Source: Octopus sinensis | Taxonomy: Eukaryota | Direction: 5' to 3' | Assembly (NCBI RefSeq): GCF_006345805.1 | Contig: NC_043003.1 | Location: forward strand, 6,014,001-6,078,000 | DNA: 64,000 bases | Shown here: positions 1 to 12,571 of the stretch, one piece after another | Layout of the letters: every line of letters starts with the position of its first letter | Numbering within the stretch: the first letter of the stretch is position 1 | Translations under genes and position numbers: made by a program | Notes under the pieces: generated by a model | Seen by the model: the letters and a program-made list of their open reading frames with translations, nothing else | What the model was told of the DNA's origin: nothing | Database searches by the model: none

Positions 1-189
1 TACTTCAAGTTTCGCAGAACCCGAAACGGGAGCCCGAGGATTTCAGGCTTTGGATTACCGCATGAAATGATACAGCATGTTTAGAATGGCTACTGAAAGC
101 TGGGCTGTTATTGGCCCTTGTCTTCAATCAATAATCCAAAGCCTTAAAGAGTCGGGCATCCGCGTTAGGGGCCCGCGAATCTTGAAGTA
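1..189. mobile_element. Foldback/MITE-like inverted repeat (may start before the window)
   Basis: 1-57 (tacttcaag...gcccgaggatttcaggctttggatta) is an imperfect reverse complement of ~130-189 (taatccaaagccttaaagagtcgggc...cttgaagta). Confidence 0.6.
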
Positions 190-219
190 GTATGAAACCA
201 AATCAAATTATTTTAAATA

Positions 220-225
<6 letters not shown>

Positions 226-263
<38 letters not shown>

Positions 264-308
264 GTGTGTGTATGTTTGAGATTATGTAGGTATATGTGTA
301 TTTGTATG

Positions 309-384
<76 letters not shown>

Positions 385-426
385 TATATATATATAATAT
401 ATATATATATATTATATATATATATA
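226..426. repeat. (TA)n microsatellite, one of dozens of (TA)n/(TG)n tracts
   Basis: Direct inspection. Confidence 0.95.
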
Positions 427-1712
427 TTAGGTCGTCAAGAATAAAATTTGTAGAAAAGAAAAATGTGTGTTGGTAATGTTTTATAAATACAAGGAATAGT
501 TTTATTCATCAAAATATGCACCCATATTGTCAATACACTTTTGCCATTTCAGCGGTAGCTTGTCCAGCCCGGAACTGTAAAAACCTGGCAATCTAGAGTC
601 AATAAAATCTTGGAAGGCCTGTTTTACAGCGTCGTCGGAATCAATTTTTTTCCTATCAAAATGTTATCCAAATTCTGTGGGGGCAAGATCAGGTGAGTAT
701 GATGGATGATGGAGAACTTCCAACTCCTTTTCCTGTAGTTTTGCAAATGTCATTTTTGCGATGTGTTGTCTGGCGTTGTCTTGCAATAAAATAAGAGTGG
801 TTCTGTTGACTAATCTAAGCTGGGGTTTTTTTTTGGTTTTTTTTACAAATTTCTGCATCATTTGGTGGAGATAACTGCAGTATACTTCGGCCGAGATTGA
901 TGAGACAGGTTTAATGAAATCATAATGGATCACACCTGCGCCAGACCACCAAACACATACCATCAGATTCTTTTGATGAATTTTGCTTTTTGGACTGTGT
1001 TTTGGTGTGTCTCGTCTTAGTCCGACCATTCTGCTGAACCTTTACGGTTGTTATATTGGATCCATTTCTCACCACGTTACAATTCAATTCAAAAATGATT
1101 CATTTTTGTGACGAGAATGTAGCATAATGCAGGCTTTCAAACGTTGCTGTTTCTGATTTACTTTGCGTTCATGTGGAACCCACTTATCCAACTTTTTTCC
1201 CTTTGCCAATTTGAACTAGGTTAGTCAATATTGTCTGCTTGCTAACATCAAACAACACTGATCATTCACGGACACTTTGAGACGGATCTGACTCAACGGT
1301 GGCTTTCAGCTCGTCATTATCCACTTTTGTTTCTGATCGACCGCATTGCTCATTTGTGAGGTCAAAGTTGCCAGAACGAAATTTTGCAAACCAATTTGAT
1401 AATGTCTGCTGTGTAATAACATTAAGATGAAATACTCCATTAGTATTCCGATCTGTCTGTGATGTTGTATTTCCAAGAAAGAACTCATATTTCACAACTG
1501 TACAAATTTCCGACTTGTGTCCATCTATCAACAACAATAGCAAAAAACGATTTATAAATACTTTATAAAGCACAAAATGAGTTAGAATAAGAAATAGATG
1601 TGTCAGCTTTCTAACAAAAAAAAAAGGTTGTCAAAATATTATTAAGGCACAAAATGAGCAGTTGTCAAAATTTACCATATACCTTACTACAAATTTCATA
1701 CTTGACGGCTTG
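427..1712 (-). mobile_element. Near full-length decayed mariner (Tc1/mariner DD34D-type) transposon
   Basis: Minus-strand peptides WFAKFRSGNFDL..E, MVCVWW..GVIHY, LLQDNARQH, HPSYSPDLAP; matching TIRs gtcaagaataaaatttgtag (~434-453) and ctacaaatttcatacttgac (~1687-1706); ~1.29 kb; frameshifts and stops. Confidence 0.9.
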
Positions 1713-1749
1713 TGTGTGTATGCGAGTGTGTCTATATATATATATATAT

Positions 1750-1846
<97 letters not shown>
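1750..1846. repeat. (GATA)n microsatellite (others at ~22228-22337 and ~45268-45375)
   Basis: Direct inspection. Confidence 0.95.
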
Positions 1847-1847
<1 letters not shown>

Positions 1848-2832
1848 GTTTGTATGTATGTATTTATATATATGCATGTATGTATATATATATATATATA
1901 TACGCGCGTACACAGAGACATAATAGTGGTGGTGGTGGTGGTGGTGGTGGTGGTAGTAGTAATAGTAGTAGTAGTAGTAGTAGTAGTAGTAATTTATATT
2001 TTCCCCTGCTTGCCTCTACTTCTTACACTCCCTTATAATTCTCATCGTTCCTCTTCTCCCCACTTCCCTATCCTCTCTATTCCGTCCTCTACCCTCCTAC
2101 CTCCTACCTATCCTCACTGCTTCTTATACACATAAACCTTCTCCCTCCCACCATCCCCACTACACACCACCGACGTAAATATTAACCCTAATATATATTA
2201 TTAGTTAACAGTAAAAGTATATTTCAGAATAAAAAACAATAAATTCCTGTCTTTGAATACCAGGCCATACCAGAAGATAGTAAAAATAAAATCAAATAAA
2301 ATAAACAGCATCACTAATTTTGGAGGCAGAGTTTTGACTTCTCCTCCAAAAGCCATGTGTTTCCATTATATAGATTAGTAATCGGGAGAGTAATTCTGGT
2401 GAGATGTTCACCGTTTATTTATACCAAATGTTGGAGGTAATTTAGTGCTGTCCTCTGTTATTATTCAATTATAAACGAGACTCTGGTTGTTATCGGAAAC
2501 TCTTGTATTGTGCCATCAATTTAGAAGCAAGCAATTTATGGTAATCTAGATTTAAAGGAAGTACGTGATGGCCTTTATAGGTAACACGGAACCCAGAAGG
2601 AATGGTGGTGCTTTAATATATTTCGTTATGGTCAACGAAGTAGCTGGTTTGACCTTTCCAGACTGAATCTATTTTTGGAAGAACAGAAGCGAAAATGCCA
2701 GGTTTACAAGTGAAACCGTCATTATAAAGTTTTTGTGCATTCATATAAATTTAGTTGTGTCTTGGATAGTTTCGACCTGTGAAGAGCAGTAAATGAATTA
2801 AGTTAGGTCAATAAATGAACTTGCTCATGTAA

Positions 2833-3196
2833 TCTCTCTCTATATAAACGGCAAAATGTCTGTCTGTCTGTGTGTCCTTTATACAAATCCACAATTTTTC
2901 AGTTAGAGAGCTCGCACTTTCAATGGTCATTCAAAACCATCCAAGGGTGGTCGTGCACATCTTTACATTTCTCCAGTCAACCCGCAAAGTCATTAAAAAA
3001 TCAATAGAAGTGACTTTTGGGGGAATTTTCTATCCAAAACCCAATCAAAATGCCCGAAACTTGATACACCAATTGAATGCCAGCTAGCTGCATGTGATTG
3101 GTCGGAGATTTGGACAGTGCTCCCATGTACGTGCGTACGCAGCTGTATATGCATGCACTAGCACTATGACCCGGCGTTGCCGTGTCATAGTGCTAG
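2833..3196 (+). mobile_element. Non-autonomous Helitron-like element
   Basis: 5' TC (a|tctctctctatataaa), internal (TCTG)n, terminal hairpin actagcactatgac...gtcatagtgctagt ending CTAG|t; sits between A and T. Confidence 0.65.
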
Positions 3197-3684
3197 TTTT
3201 TAGTAATGAACATCACTAAATAGTCAAGCGTACAGAAGACTCAGATGTAGAGGGCGGAGCAGGAAAACCTCTCATATTTCACGGACATTAGAGTGGCGCT
3301 AGTTAGTTATAATGGTGTTGTCACGGAGTTGAGGAGTTTATCGTTTATTTTTGAATGACTCGTTAATGTGTGGATGGTGCGATTGCGACAGAAATGTTTG
3401 TCAACTTGCAAAACGTGGGTGGTTTCTTTTGTCGCACTCTGTCAAAATGCGTTTTGTAGCTTATTTTCATTGAGACCGGGATGCAAGTAATTTTATGCTA
3501 AACTCTCATAAGACCGCTTTAAATAAACCTGATATAATTTCTGTACTTTCTCTAATTAATGCACATATTTATTGTTGACAATCAACTAACCAAATCAGAC
3601 ATTTGACAGTTCTTTTTAGATTAATATATAATCTACAATCCTTGTAGATTAATACAATATTACCCATCATATGTAGAAATATAT

Positions 3685-3751
<67 letters not shown>

Positions 3752-4159
3752 ACACACATGTAGTAATGACAATTAAACTGGCACTTGTTCATGAACGTAA
3801 TTACGCTGTATATACCGGAAGTTATATTTTTATGGATAAAACGATAGAGTTTGTACGTGGTCATTCAATTTGTTTGAAATAGCAGCCGTATCACCCCTGA
3901 ATCACAACCCAAATTTCGAAAGAAAAAAGATACAACGAAATAAGGCACCGGAGAGAGTAGCTCTGAAATAAATGAACTGTCATGGCTGGAATGTCTTTTA
4001 CCAAAATTTCTTCTTAGCTGGGATTGAACTGAGACGAAGCATTCAAACAGCAAGACTAACAGCAAGAACAACATCATCGATGCTCAACAATTCTTACTCT
4101 TCTGCTGAAGCAAAGTGTATAAATGGTTATAGCGAACATATACGGCAATATTTGCTTGA

Positions 4160-4380
4160 CGAAACGCAATTATAATTTCAATTATAGGCACAAGGCCTGA
4201 AATTTGAGTGAGGAGGATAGCAAATTACATCGACCCCAATACTCAACTGGTACTTAATTTATGGACCCCGAAAGGATGAAAGGCAAAGTCGACTTTGGCG
4301 GAATGTGAACTTAGAACGTAGCGACGGCCGAAATACGGCTAAGCATTTCGCCCGGCGTGCTAACGATTCTGCCAGCTCGG
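4160..4380 (-). mobile_element. tRNA-derived SINE family B (monomer)
   Basis: Minus head gagctggcagaatcgttagc (A-box-like), B-box-like gttcacattcc, body tttcatcctttcggggtc...aagtaccagt shared with other copies. Confidence 0.85.
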
Positions 4381-4608
4381 ACTTGTGCCTGGGAGGGTAA
4401 CTTTCCATGGCCAGTCATGACCGAAGGGGGTCTCAGCAACATAGGAATATTCGTGTTTCCTAGATATTGTTAATCGACATGTTAAGTAAGTTATGCCTTG
4501 TGTCACTAATCTTAGATTACACCATATTGGCTATATTTGCTGGGAGTTTTATACCACAGACGATCGAGGTTTTTGTCGATGTTAAAACATTTCTTTCAAA
4601 GATATTCC

Positions 4609-5389
4609 CATTATTTAATTTAGGTGAAGCTTTCTATGAAAAATATATTTGTCAGCATCAAGAATCGGTATTTGGATTCGATGCTAGCAGAGAGCAAAGT
4701 AAGGTTTCTCTCGCAGAATGATGACATATCTACCATTAATTCCTAAATTATTGGTGCAACATGTAATATTAATTTGGCACCACATGATGTCGCTTTCTCT
4801 GTAAGACTTCTTCATCTCTGAGATACGTCCAATTTCAAAAACTCACATATTTGAAGGATATTTTTTTTAATGCTATTTCCCACATATTTTGAATATTTTC
4901 ATTTAGACTGAAGTCAGCTATCATTGAGCAAACCTATACCCAAAGATGATCAGGCAGCTTATATTATTGTTTTCAGAAATAGTTTACCGAGGAATATATC
5001 ATTCAACGTGCCCAGCCATTATAAAAACAGATTTGGCGTGAAATGTGATCCATATGTCTACTATTTCCAGCAAGTCGAATCACCTGCTGTAATCGTTTGT
5101 GTTTGGTAATTTTTGGAAATACAATAACATATGATAGAACGAGAGGAATCTGGCTGATTGTTTAGTAAATTTCCAATAATTTGATAGTTCCATATTGAAT
5201 TTAGCGTCGTCCTAACCAAACTCTGGACACGTCCCGAGGTTTTGCTTCCCTCTCAAATAATGTTGATTCAGTGTGGCAAAACAATTTATAAAACATAAAT
5301 GAAAAACGATATATATGTATATTACTGTGTGCGTGCGCGTCGGAGTATGTGTGTGTGTGTGTCAATGTGTTCATCTATGTGTGTGTATA

Positions 5390-5435
<46 letters not shown>

Positions 5436-5452
5436 CATATGCATGTATATAC

Positions 5453-5503
<51 letters not shown>

Positions 5504-6284
5504 ACAAACATTATTTAATTTAGGTGAAGTTTTATATGAAAAATATATTTTTCAGCTTCAAGAATCCGTATGTGAATACGATGCTAGCAGAGAGTAAAGT
5601 AAGGTTTCCCTCGCAGAACGATGACATATCTACCATTAATTCCTAATTATTGGTGCAACATGTAATATTAATTTGGCACCAACATGATGTCGCTTTCTCT
5701 GTAAGACTTCTTCATCTCTGAGATACGTCCAATTTCAAAAACTCACATATTTGAAGATATTTTTTTTAATGCTATTTCCCACATATTTTGAATATTTTCA
5801 TTTAGACTGAAGTCAGCTATCATTGAGCAAACCTATACCCAAAGATGATCAGGCAGCTTATATTATTGTTTTCAGAAATAGTTTACCGAGGAATATATCA
5901 TTCAACGTGCCCAGCCATTATAAAAACAGATTTGGCGTGAAATGTGATCCATATGTCTACTATTTCCAGCAAGTCGAATCACCTGCTGTAATCGTTTGTG
6001 TTTGGTAATTTTTGGAAATACAATACATATGATAGAACGAGAGGAATCTGCTGATTGTTTAGTAAATTTCCAATAATTTGATAGTTCCATATTGAATTTA
6101 GCGTCGTCCTAACCAAACTCTGGACACGTCCCGAGGTTTTGCTTCCCTCTCAATAATGTTGATTCAGTGTGGCAAAACATTTATAAAACATAAATGAAAA
6201 ACGATATATATGTATATTACTGTGTGCGTGCGCGTCGGAGTATGTGTGTGTGTGTGTCAATGTGTTCATCTATGTGTGTGTATA

Positions 6285-6330
<46 letters not shown>

Positions 6331-6349
6331 CATATGCATGTATATACAC

Positions 6350-6396
<47 letters not shown>

Positions 6397-6540
6397 ACAA
6401 ACATTATTTAATTTAGGTGAAGTTTTATATGAAAAATATATTTTTCAGCTTCAAGAATCCGTATGTGAATACGATGCTAGCAGAGAGTAAAGTAAGGTTT
6501 CCCTCGCAGAACGATGACATATCTACCATTAATTCCTAAA
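4609..6540. repeat. ~895-bp tandem duplication (2 full units plus ~140-bp partial unit)
   Basis: cattatttaatttaggtgaag recurs at 4609, 5509 and 6402; units near-identical. Confidence 0.95.
4624..4698 (+). CDS. Candidate 75-nt exon of an unknown gene (copies at ~5524-5598 and ~6417-6491)
   Basis: tttaatttag|GTGAAG...GCAAA|gtaagg splice-like ends; length divisible by 3; frame 0 open in all copies (VKLSMKNIFVSIKNRYLDSMLAESK); no consistent spliced ORF with neighbouring segments. Confidence 0.15.
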
Positions 6541-7049
6541 TTCTTAAATAGAATTATGAAATAATGTTGTTATTTTCTCCTATTAACAATTATGATTACA
6601 TATAAATAGATTTTTACAATTCGTGTAGTTTGTTTGGTTGTTTCTAGGAGCTTCTAACGTGAAACATGACAAAGGCATTGATATGACTCCCTGCAGAATT
6701 TAAATATCTACAAATGGCATTTAGTGTGGAATATAAAATTTTTCATTACAAGCATTAAACGTAAAATCAGAGATTGTGATCTGACAATAATGTTTTATTA
6801 TATAATCGATACAATGATATATCGATCATAATAAACTGACTAAAGGCTCAGCTAGCTCTGGGTTCATTTGGCACATTCATCAGTGTAGGTTCCCACTGTG
6901 CCGCATTAACGGATGATATTCTACCTTAGACTCAGCTCGTCCGGGACCTTCGAAGGAAAATCTAATAAACAAAATATGTGGTTGTCCTGTCGCAAGGAAG
7001 GTTTCTGTTAGTGAGGTGCGGTAAGATTTATTCTATCGACCCTTTTAAT

Positions 7050-7345
7050 GCTAGTGCTACCCTCTTTGATTGTCCTTTAAGTGTTCCGATTCCATCTCAA
7101 AAGATTTTGAGACACTTACTCTGAGGACTCTTCCACTCACCAGCTGCAGAGAAACGGTGAAAATGGCCATAATGGTGGATGGCTTTCTTCTTCTATGCGA
7201 GACATTTAAGAATATTAAGGTTGAGATTTTGAAAGGGAACATTATTAAGTCTGTTGAAATTAGAGGTTTGAAACTAATATATAAGGATGTAACATTAATA
7301 TATACTAGGGACCAGGTCATAGGGAAAAGGACAGCGCCATGCACA
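7050..7345 (-). mobile_element. Possible highly decayed CR1-type RT fragment
   Basis: Minus peptide HGAVLFP..SLVYINVTSLYISFKPLISTDLIMF loosely resembles QGSVLGP.LFLIYIND....S.PLLFADD. Confidence 0.3.
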
Positions 7346-7624
7346 GTCTATTTTTTAAAATTCTAATACAGGTGCAAAAGGAATAAGAATTCACGATTTA
7401 CTTTGCCGCAGCTTGGGAGCAGTGGAATTCATGCTTATTCTAAGACAAAGCATTTGACTCAAATTCTTGCAATATATTGGAAGCTGTTCATGGACGAGGT
7501 GGGGTTGTTAAAACCTAGCAACCAATTAGATCAGCTGACCAACAGCGGATACAAAGTATTTGACTGGATTCCTACGAAACACGGTTCAGCCAGTTTCAAT
7601 TAAAATTTTAAAGTCTACTGGATT

Positions 7625-7945
7625 CTACAGAAGCGGACACTACCAGAGCGCTGCGTGGTGAAATTAAACCGAGAAAACACGAGATTCGAAAATAAACTTC
7701 TTGAAGACACGTTTTCTTGTAGCAAATCAAAATAAACATATTTGTTAATTACGGAGATGTACTTGGATAGCGAGTGACCTGATCTGAGATCGTGTGCTGG
7801 AACGAAAACAATTGCAGCGTGGAAAGTGTTTATAAGCCATTTAAGAAACACACAAAAACCGTTAGATTCACTTCAACATTTAAATTTAATTTGTCAAAAT
7901 ATTTTCGTCGCTTTGAGACCGCGACCTGTTCACTGACAAAACTAC
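7625..7945 (-). mobile_element. PLE-type terminal repeat family (second copy ~31985-32316)
   Basis: ~190-bp match to 31985-32176 (gatctgagatcgtgtgctggaacgaaaa...gagaccgcgacctgttc); carries a hammerhead motif. Confidence 0.6.
7890..7940 (-). ncRNA. Type-I minimal hammerhead ribozyme with G3:C8 swapped core
   Basis: Minus: UUUGUCA GUGAACA G GUCGC ggucucaaa GCGAC GAAA AUAU UU UGACAAA; 7-bp stem I, 5-bp stem II, GAAA, palindromic stem III AAUAUU. Confidence 0.7.
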
Positions 7946-8411
7946 GGTCACGGTCTCATATTTGTTAAGTTGGAGAGAAAAGACGCCAACAGAACAGAAA
8001 CATAAAATAATTACATAGGATTATTTATAAAAGAGGTTGGCGGTGGGGGTGCAATATGGTCCATCAACAAAGACAGACGGGAAAATGTATTTCAAATGGT
8101 TCCCCTTCTGAAGAGATATCGTAAAAGTTTTTTTTATTGGGAGCACAGATGGTTCAAGCCTGTAAGCTGTTTAATGCCCTTTAACTACCACCATTACTAA
8201 GGAGCACATTAGTTTGCAATTTATCATATACCGTTATTAATATTTCTTTATTAGTTCGAGTTGGTGGCCAAACATAATATTTTTTTAATTTCTTTTCCCT
8301 ATTTCCCATCTTACACCTTGCAAACAGCATCATACGCCCGATTACTTACTTTCGTCTACTACGAAGAATTTCGTTCAACACATTCACACGTGCTTTCATA
8401 CATGCATGCAT

Positions 8412-8446
<35 letters not shown>

Positions 8447-8692
8447 TTCAGCAAAATTTAGATTCAGATAAATATGGTACTTAAGTTAAAGGCACCAGAA
8501 TTTTGTATAGTATTATCCATATAAATCAAATAGGGTGATTGCTCGACATTTTAAAACTGATGTAATACTTACAGTGTTTAATAAAATGAAGTTGCATGAA
8601 ACAATTGTACTACTCTACCTTGAATATCCTTGTTGCTTATTTTAATTATATATATATATATATATATACATACATACGTATGTACTTACACA

Positions 8693-8724
<32 letters not shown>

Positions 8725-8989
8725 TGCACATATAAATATATGCATATATATAGTTCACAGATGAGATCCAGAGATTCTACGTATAGAACGCACTTAGTGC
8801 TCAAAAGGTTCAAACTTAGTCTCCGATGTGCTTACAAGGGACCGATTCTACAAGGTAAAGAAAGGATATATGAGGGTTCTATTTGAGCGGGTATAGAGGC
8901 AATTATGGTGATAAACAACTAGGCACCTTAAAATACATTAAATATATTAGTTTCAGTAAGAAATACAAAATATATATGAATATGTGTGT

Positions 8990-9700
8990 ACATGTAAAGG
9001 GAGAGTAAGCAAAAGGTGGAGACTTTCAGACGAAGAATCGTTAAGGGAGAGAAAGGTGGTGTAAAACATAGGATCTCCCGCTTCTTGCTCTTAGAACGTT
9101 TAGAGTGTGTGGTTATAGTGAGTGGATATAGATTGGAAGGCTTATGGTTATTATGGGTTCGAGGTGGCCAGTGGAGCTGTCCAGTGCCATTCATTGAAAC
9201 GTCTTTTTGGGGGGATTGACGTGGAGTGGAGGAAGGGTTGGTAGATTCGGGGTTAGTATTAAGAAGGAGAAATGCAATTTTTGTTTGAAGCTTGGTATTT
9301 GGAATATAGATCTTTTCACAGAAGCAACTTAACTGGAAAGCCTGAATATACGGGGCATGACTGTTGAAAATTTCTTCATTACCAAGTAAATTGGAGAGTC
9401 TGTTAAAAATGCTTGTGCTCATTCTATTAACAGCAAGCTTAGGGTGGTTTGATAGGACGTTGATATATTATAAAGATTGATTAGGTTTGTGAGAAAGGAA
9501 ATATAGGTTTATATTTAAGTCCAGAGTAACGTCTAAAAAGTTGGCCACGTTAGGGTTATCATATACAAATATATAACAGCAGAGAGTGATTTGCTGGTGA
9601 TTTTGTGTCTGTTGCAGGAGACTTGTAGAGGATTCCACTAGGTTTATACATTTCAGAAATCTTTTCAAATACATCTCAGATCAATTGTTACAAAAGACGT
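8990..9700 (-). mobile_element. Penelope-like element RT C-terminal/linker fragment
   Basis: Minus peptides PNVANFLDVTLDL, TSIFNRLSNL.GNEEIFN..APY, KKREILCFTPPFS (cf. RRNIIWFNPPFS); frameshifted. Confidence 0.8.
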
Positions 9701-9985
9701 TAATACGATACGAAAATGAACGCAGGTAAAGAGATAAAATTCAAGAAGAAAATGTTTAGCTGTTTCGAAAAGAAAACGAAAATATTGCAAATTGAATTCA
9801 AGCATATTAAAGCTTTATATGTCTCAAGAAATGCTATGAAAACCTTCCCTTGCGAGATGGCTATTTATATAAGCCTTTGTTTAGCTGTTCATTTACTGAT
9901 TCTAAAACAAAACGTGAATACACACTCGTATAATTCACATTCATATGTGAATATATGCGCATGCGCGTATCTATCTATCTATATC

Positions 9986-10038
<53 letters not shown>

Positions 10039-10154
10039 CATATATATATACATATATATATGTATATACATATATATATATATCACATGTTTATATCATA
10101 TAGATATACATGTATGTATATATAAATGTGTATACTATACACATGCATACAAAC

Positions 10155-10206
<52 letters not shown>

Positions 10207-11559
10207 AATATATACATGTGTGAATGTGTGTGTGCGTGACTGTGTATATAGACTCCCATATATACGTTGTGTGAATACATGTTTAGATCGAGGGAGCTCA
10301 ATGATGGTAGAGAGGTTCTGCCTGACAAAAGACATAAAAAGAAAACAGAGGATTCGGTTTTCTGTGAACAACGGTGAAAAAAACTGGAATTCTTGCACTG
10401 GTTCGAAGGCAGTAGGTGAGGGAAGATTCACAAGTGAAAGAGAGAAAAAATATATATATAGAAATATATTCACATAAATATATATGTATATATATATATG
10501 TGTGCGTGCGTGTGTGTGTGTGCGTGTGTGTGAGTGAGTGAGTGTGCCTGTGTCTCTATGTATGTGTATGTACGTGTATCTATATACGTGTGTATATAAA
10601 TATATATGAACATATATACCAGTGTACATGGACATATATATATATGTATATATATATATATGCACATCTACGTGTTTATATAAAATGATACAAATATACA
10701 AATATAAGTGCATCTTTATATGTGTTTTGTGTACGTATATGCATTGTATATATGAATATGTGCATATATATATGTGTGTGTGTGTGTATGTATGCATGTA
10801 TGTATATTTGTACTTACATATTTCAACGTATATGTGTGTGAATATGTGTTTATGTGAGTGCATATATCTGTGTGTGAGCCCGTTTTTTTTCATGTCTCTC
10901 TTTGAGTGAGTGAATGTTTGTGTGTTTGCGTGTATGTGTGAGTGTCTACGTATGTGTGTGGTGTTCCAGATAAAATTCATTGATGTACACCTGATGTGAT
11001 GGCATTACCTGTTACTCAGTGGAAAACTTTGATAAGAAAACTCACTGAAATATCTGAGTTGATCCTTCCTGCTGATACGTAGCTTATTTCTTCTTCCTTC
11101 TTATTGTATTTTTTCTTTCTTTTCTCTTTCATTTTCTTTTCTTCTTTTTGCCGCTCTCGTTCTTATTCTTTTCTTTTCGAATTTGTTTTTATAATTTTTT
11201 ATTCGTTTCGTTCCGTTTTTCAGTGAATTTTTTTTCGTAAAGCTCTTTATTCCACCACTTTGTTTATACATTCTTTATGTACTTCGTTAATAATGAAATT
11301 CCACGTTTGTCTGTTTGTACGTGAGTGTCTATATACGAGCATTCAGGTATCTGTGTATGTTTGTTCGTTTAAAATTAGCGGAGTAACTATATTTGTTGTG
11401 TGTGTACACCTTATGTCATATGCGGGTCTGTTTCTGCGTCTGGGGGTGTGTATGCAGCAGACTGTGTAAGTATACGTGTATGTATATCTATTTGTGAGTA
11501 TATGAGAGTTTCTATTCCTATATGGTGTATATTCGTTCATTGCCTAATGTTGATGTATG

Positions 11560-11623
<64 letters not shown>

Positions 11624-11843
11624 ATGTATGTATGTATGTATATATATATATATAGACGGTTGAAAAGGTTCACACGAGTTGATATTAATGTCAAAGTAGA
11701 AAATGCTAACGTAATTTTATTTTTGTACCCGTTTCGGTCACTGAGACTTTTCAACTGTAAGTATGGCAGACAATTATATATACATATATATATATATACA
11801 TATATATAGATATATATATTATATAATATATATATATATATAT

Positions 11844-11877
<34 letters not shown>

Positions 11878-12299
11878 ATATATAAATGCACTTGTATGTG
11901 TACTTTTGCATATTGTGCCTCTTGTGTATTTCAGTGCAAATTTCTATCTGACAGCGCATTACATTGTGTATATATATATATTATATCAGAAACGCAGTGA
12001 TAACAGCGATTGATAGAGAAACAGGCTTATTGCCTCACTCCTAGTAATATAGAAAAACGCCACCTCTGTAAACAATGTTTGATGGATATACAGCTAACGT
12101 TGCTTACAATTAGTAAAACATCTAATCCCGTTTTTGTATGACACTTACAATCCACCTTACAATCCCAACCAAAGAACAAATAGAACTCACCCAACACCAA
12201 ATTATAGACCCAAACAAATCAGATGGAACAACATTAGAATAATGAATCAAGCTCCAGCCTAACAACTAAGAGCATACTTATCCACGAATAACCAACCTC

Positions 12300-12570
12300 G
12301 AATATTCGCATGCAGAAAAATGTATTCTTTCTAAATACTGAAGACAGAAAAGAATTCAGGTCCCGGCCCCTCAAGTAGAGACAAAAATTTAGAAGAATAT
12401 ATTAACCTCCCACTGGGATCAGTTCAATCTTCTATGACAGAGAGAAAATGTAAATCCAACATATTTAAAGACAACTGGGAAGAATTACGAAACTTACAAA
12501 AAGATTCTTCGATTATTTTCAAAGAATCTGACAAAGCTGGAGCAATAATTATCAAGGACAAGAACCTTTA
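12300..12570 (+). mobile_element. PLE RT N-terminal fragment
   Basis: NWEELRNLQKDSSIIFKESDKAGAIIIKDKNLY resembles the PLE L..D..I.IK.ADKG.A.V..D...Y motif. Confidence 0.65.
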
Positions 12571-12571
12571 T

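Noticed and set aside
6855-6885. Minus-strand CUGAUGA followed by GAAC
   Set aside because: No stem II pairing and no GAAA; at most an unrecognisable relic.
7440-7480. Plus-strand DKAFD resembling an RT motif
   Set aside because: Orientation conflicts with the minus-strand RT-like segment and downstream motifs are missing; probably chance.
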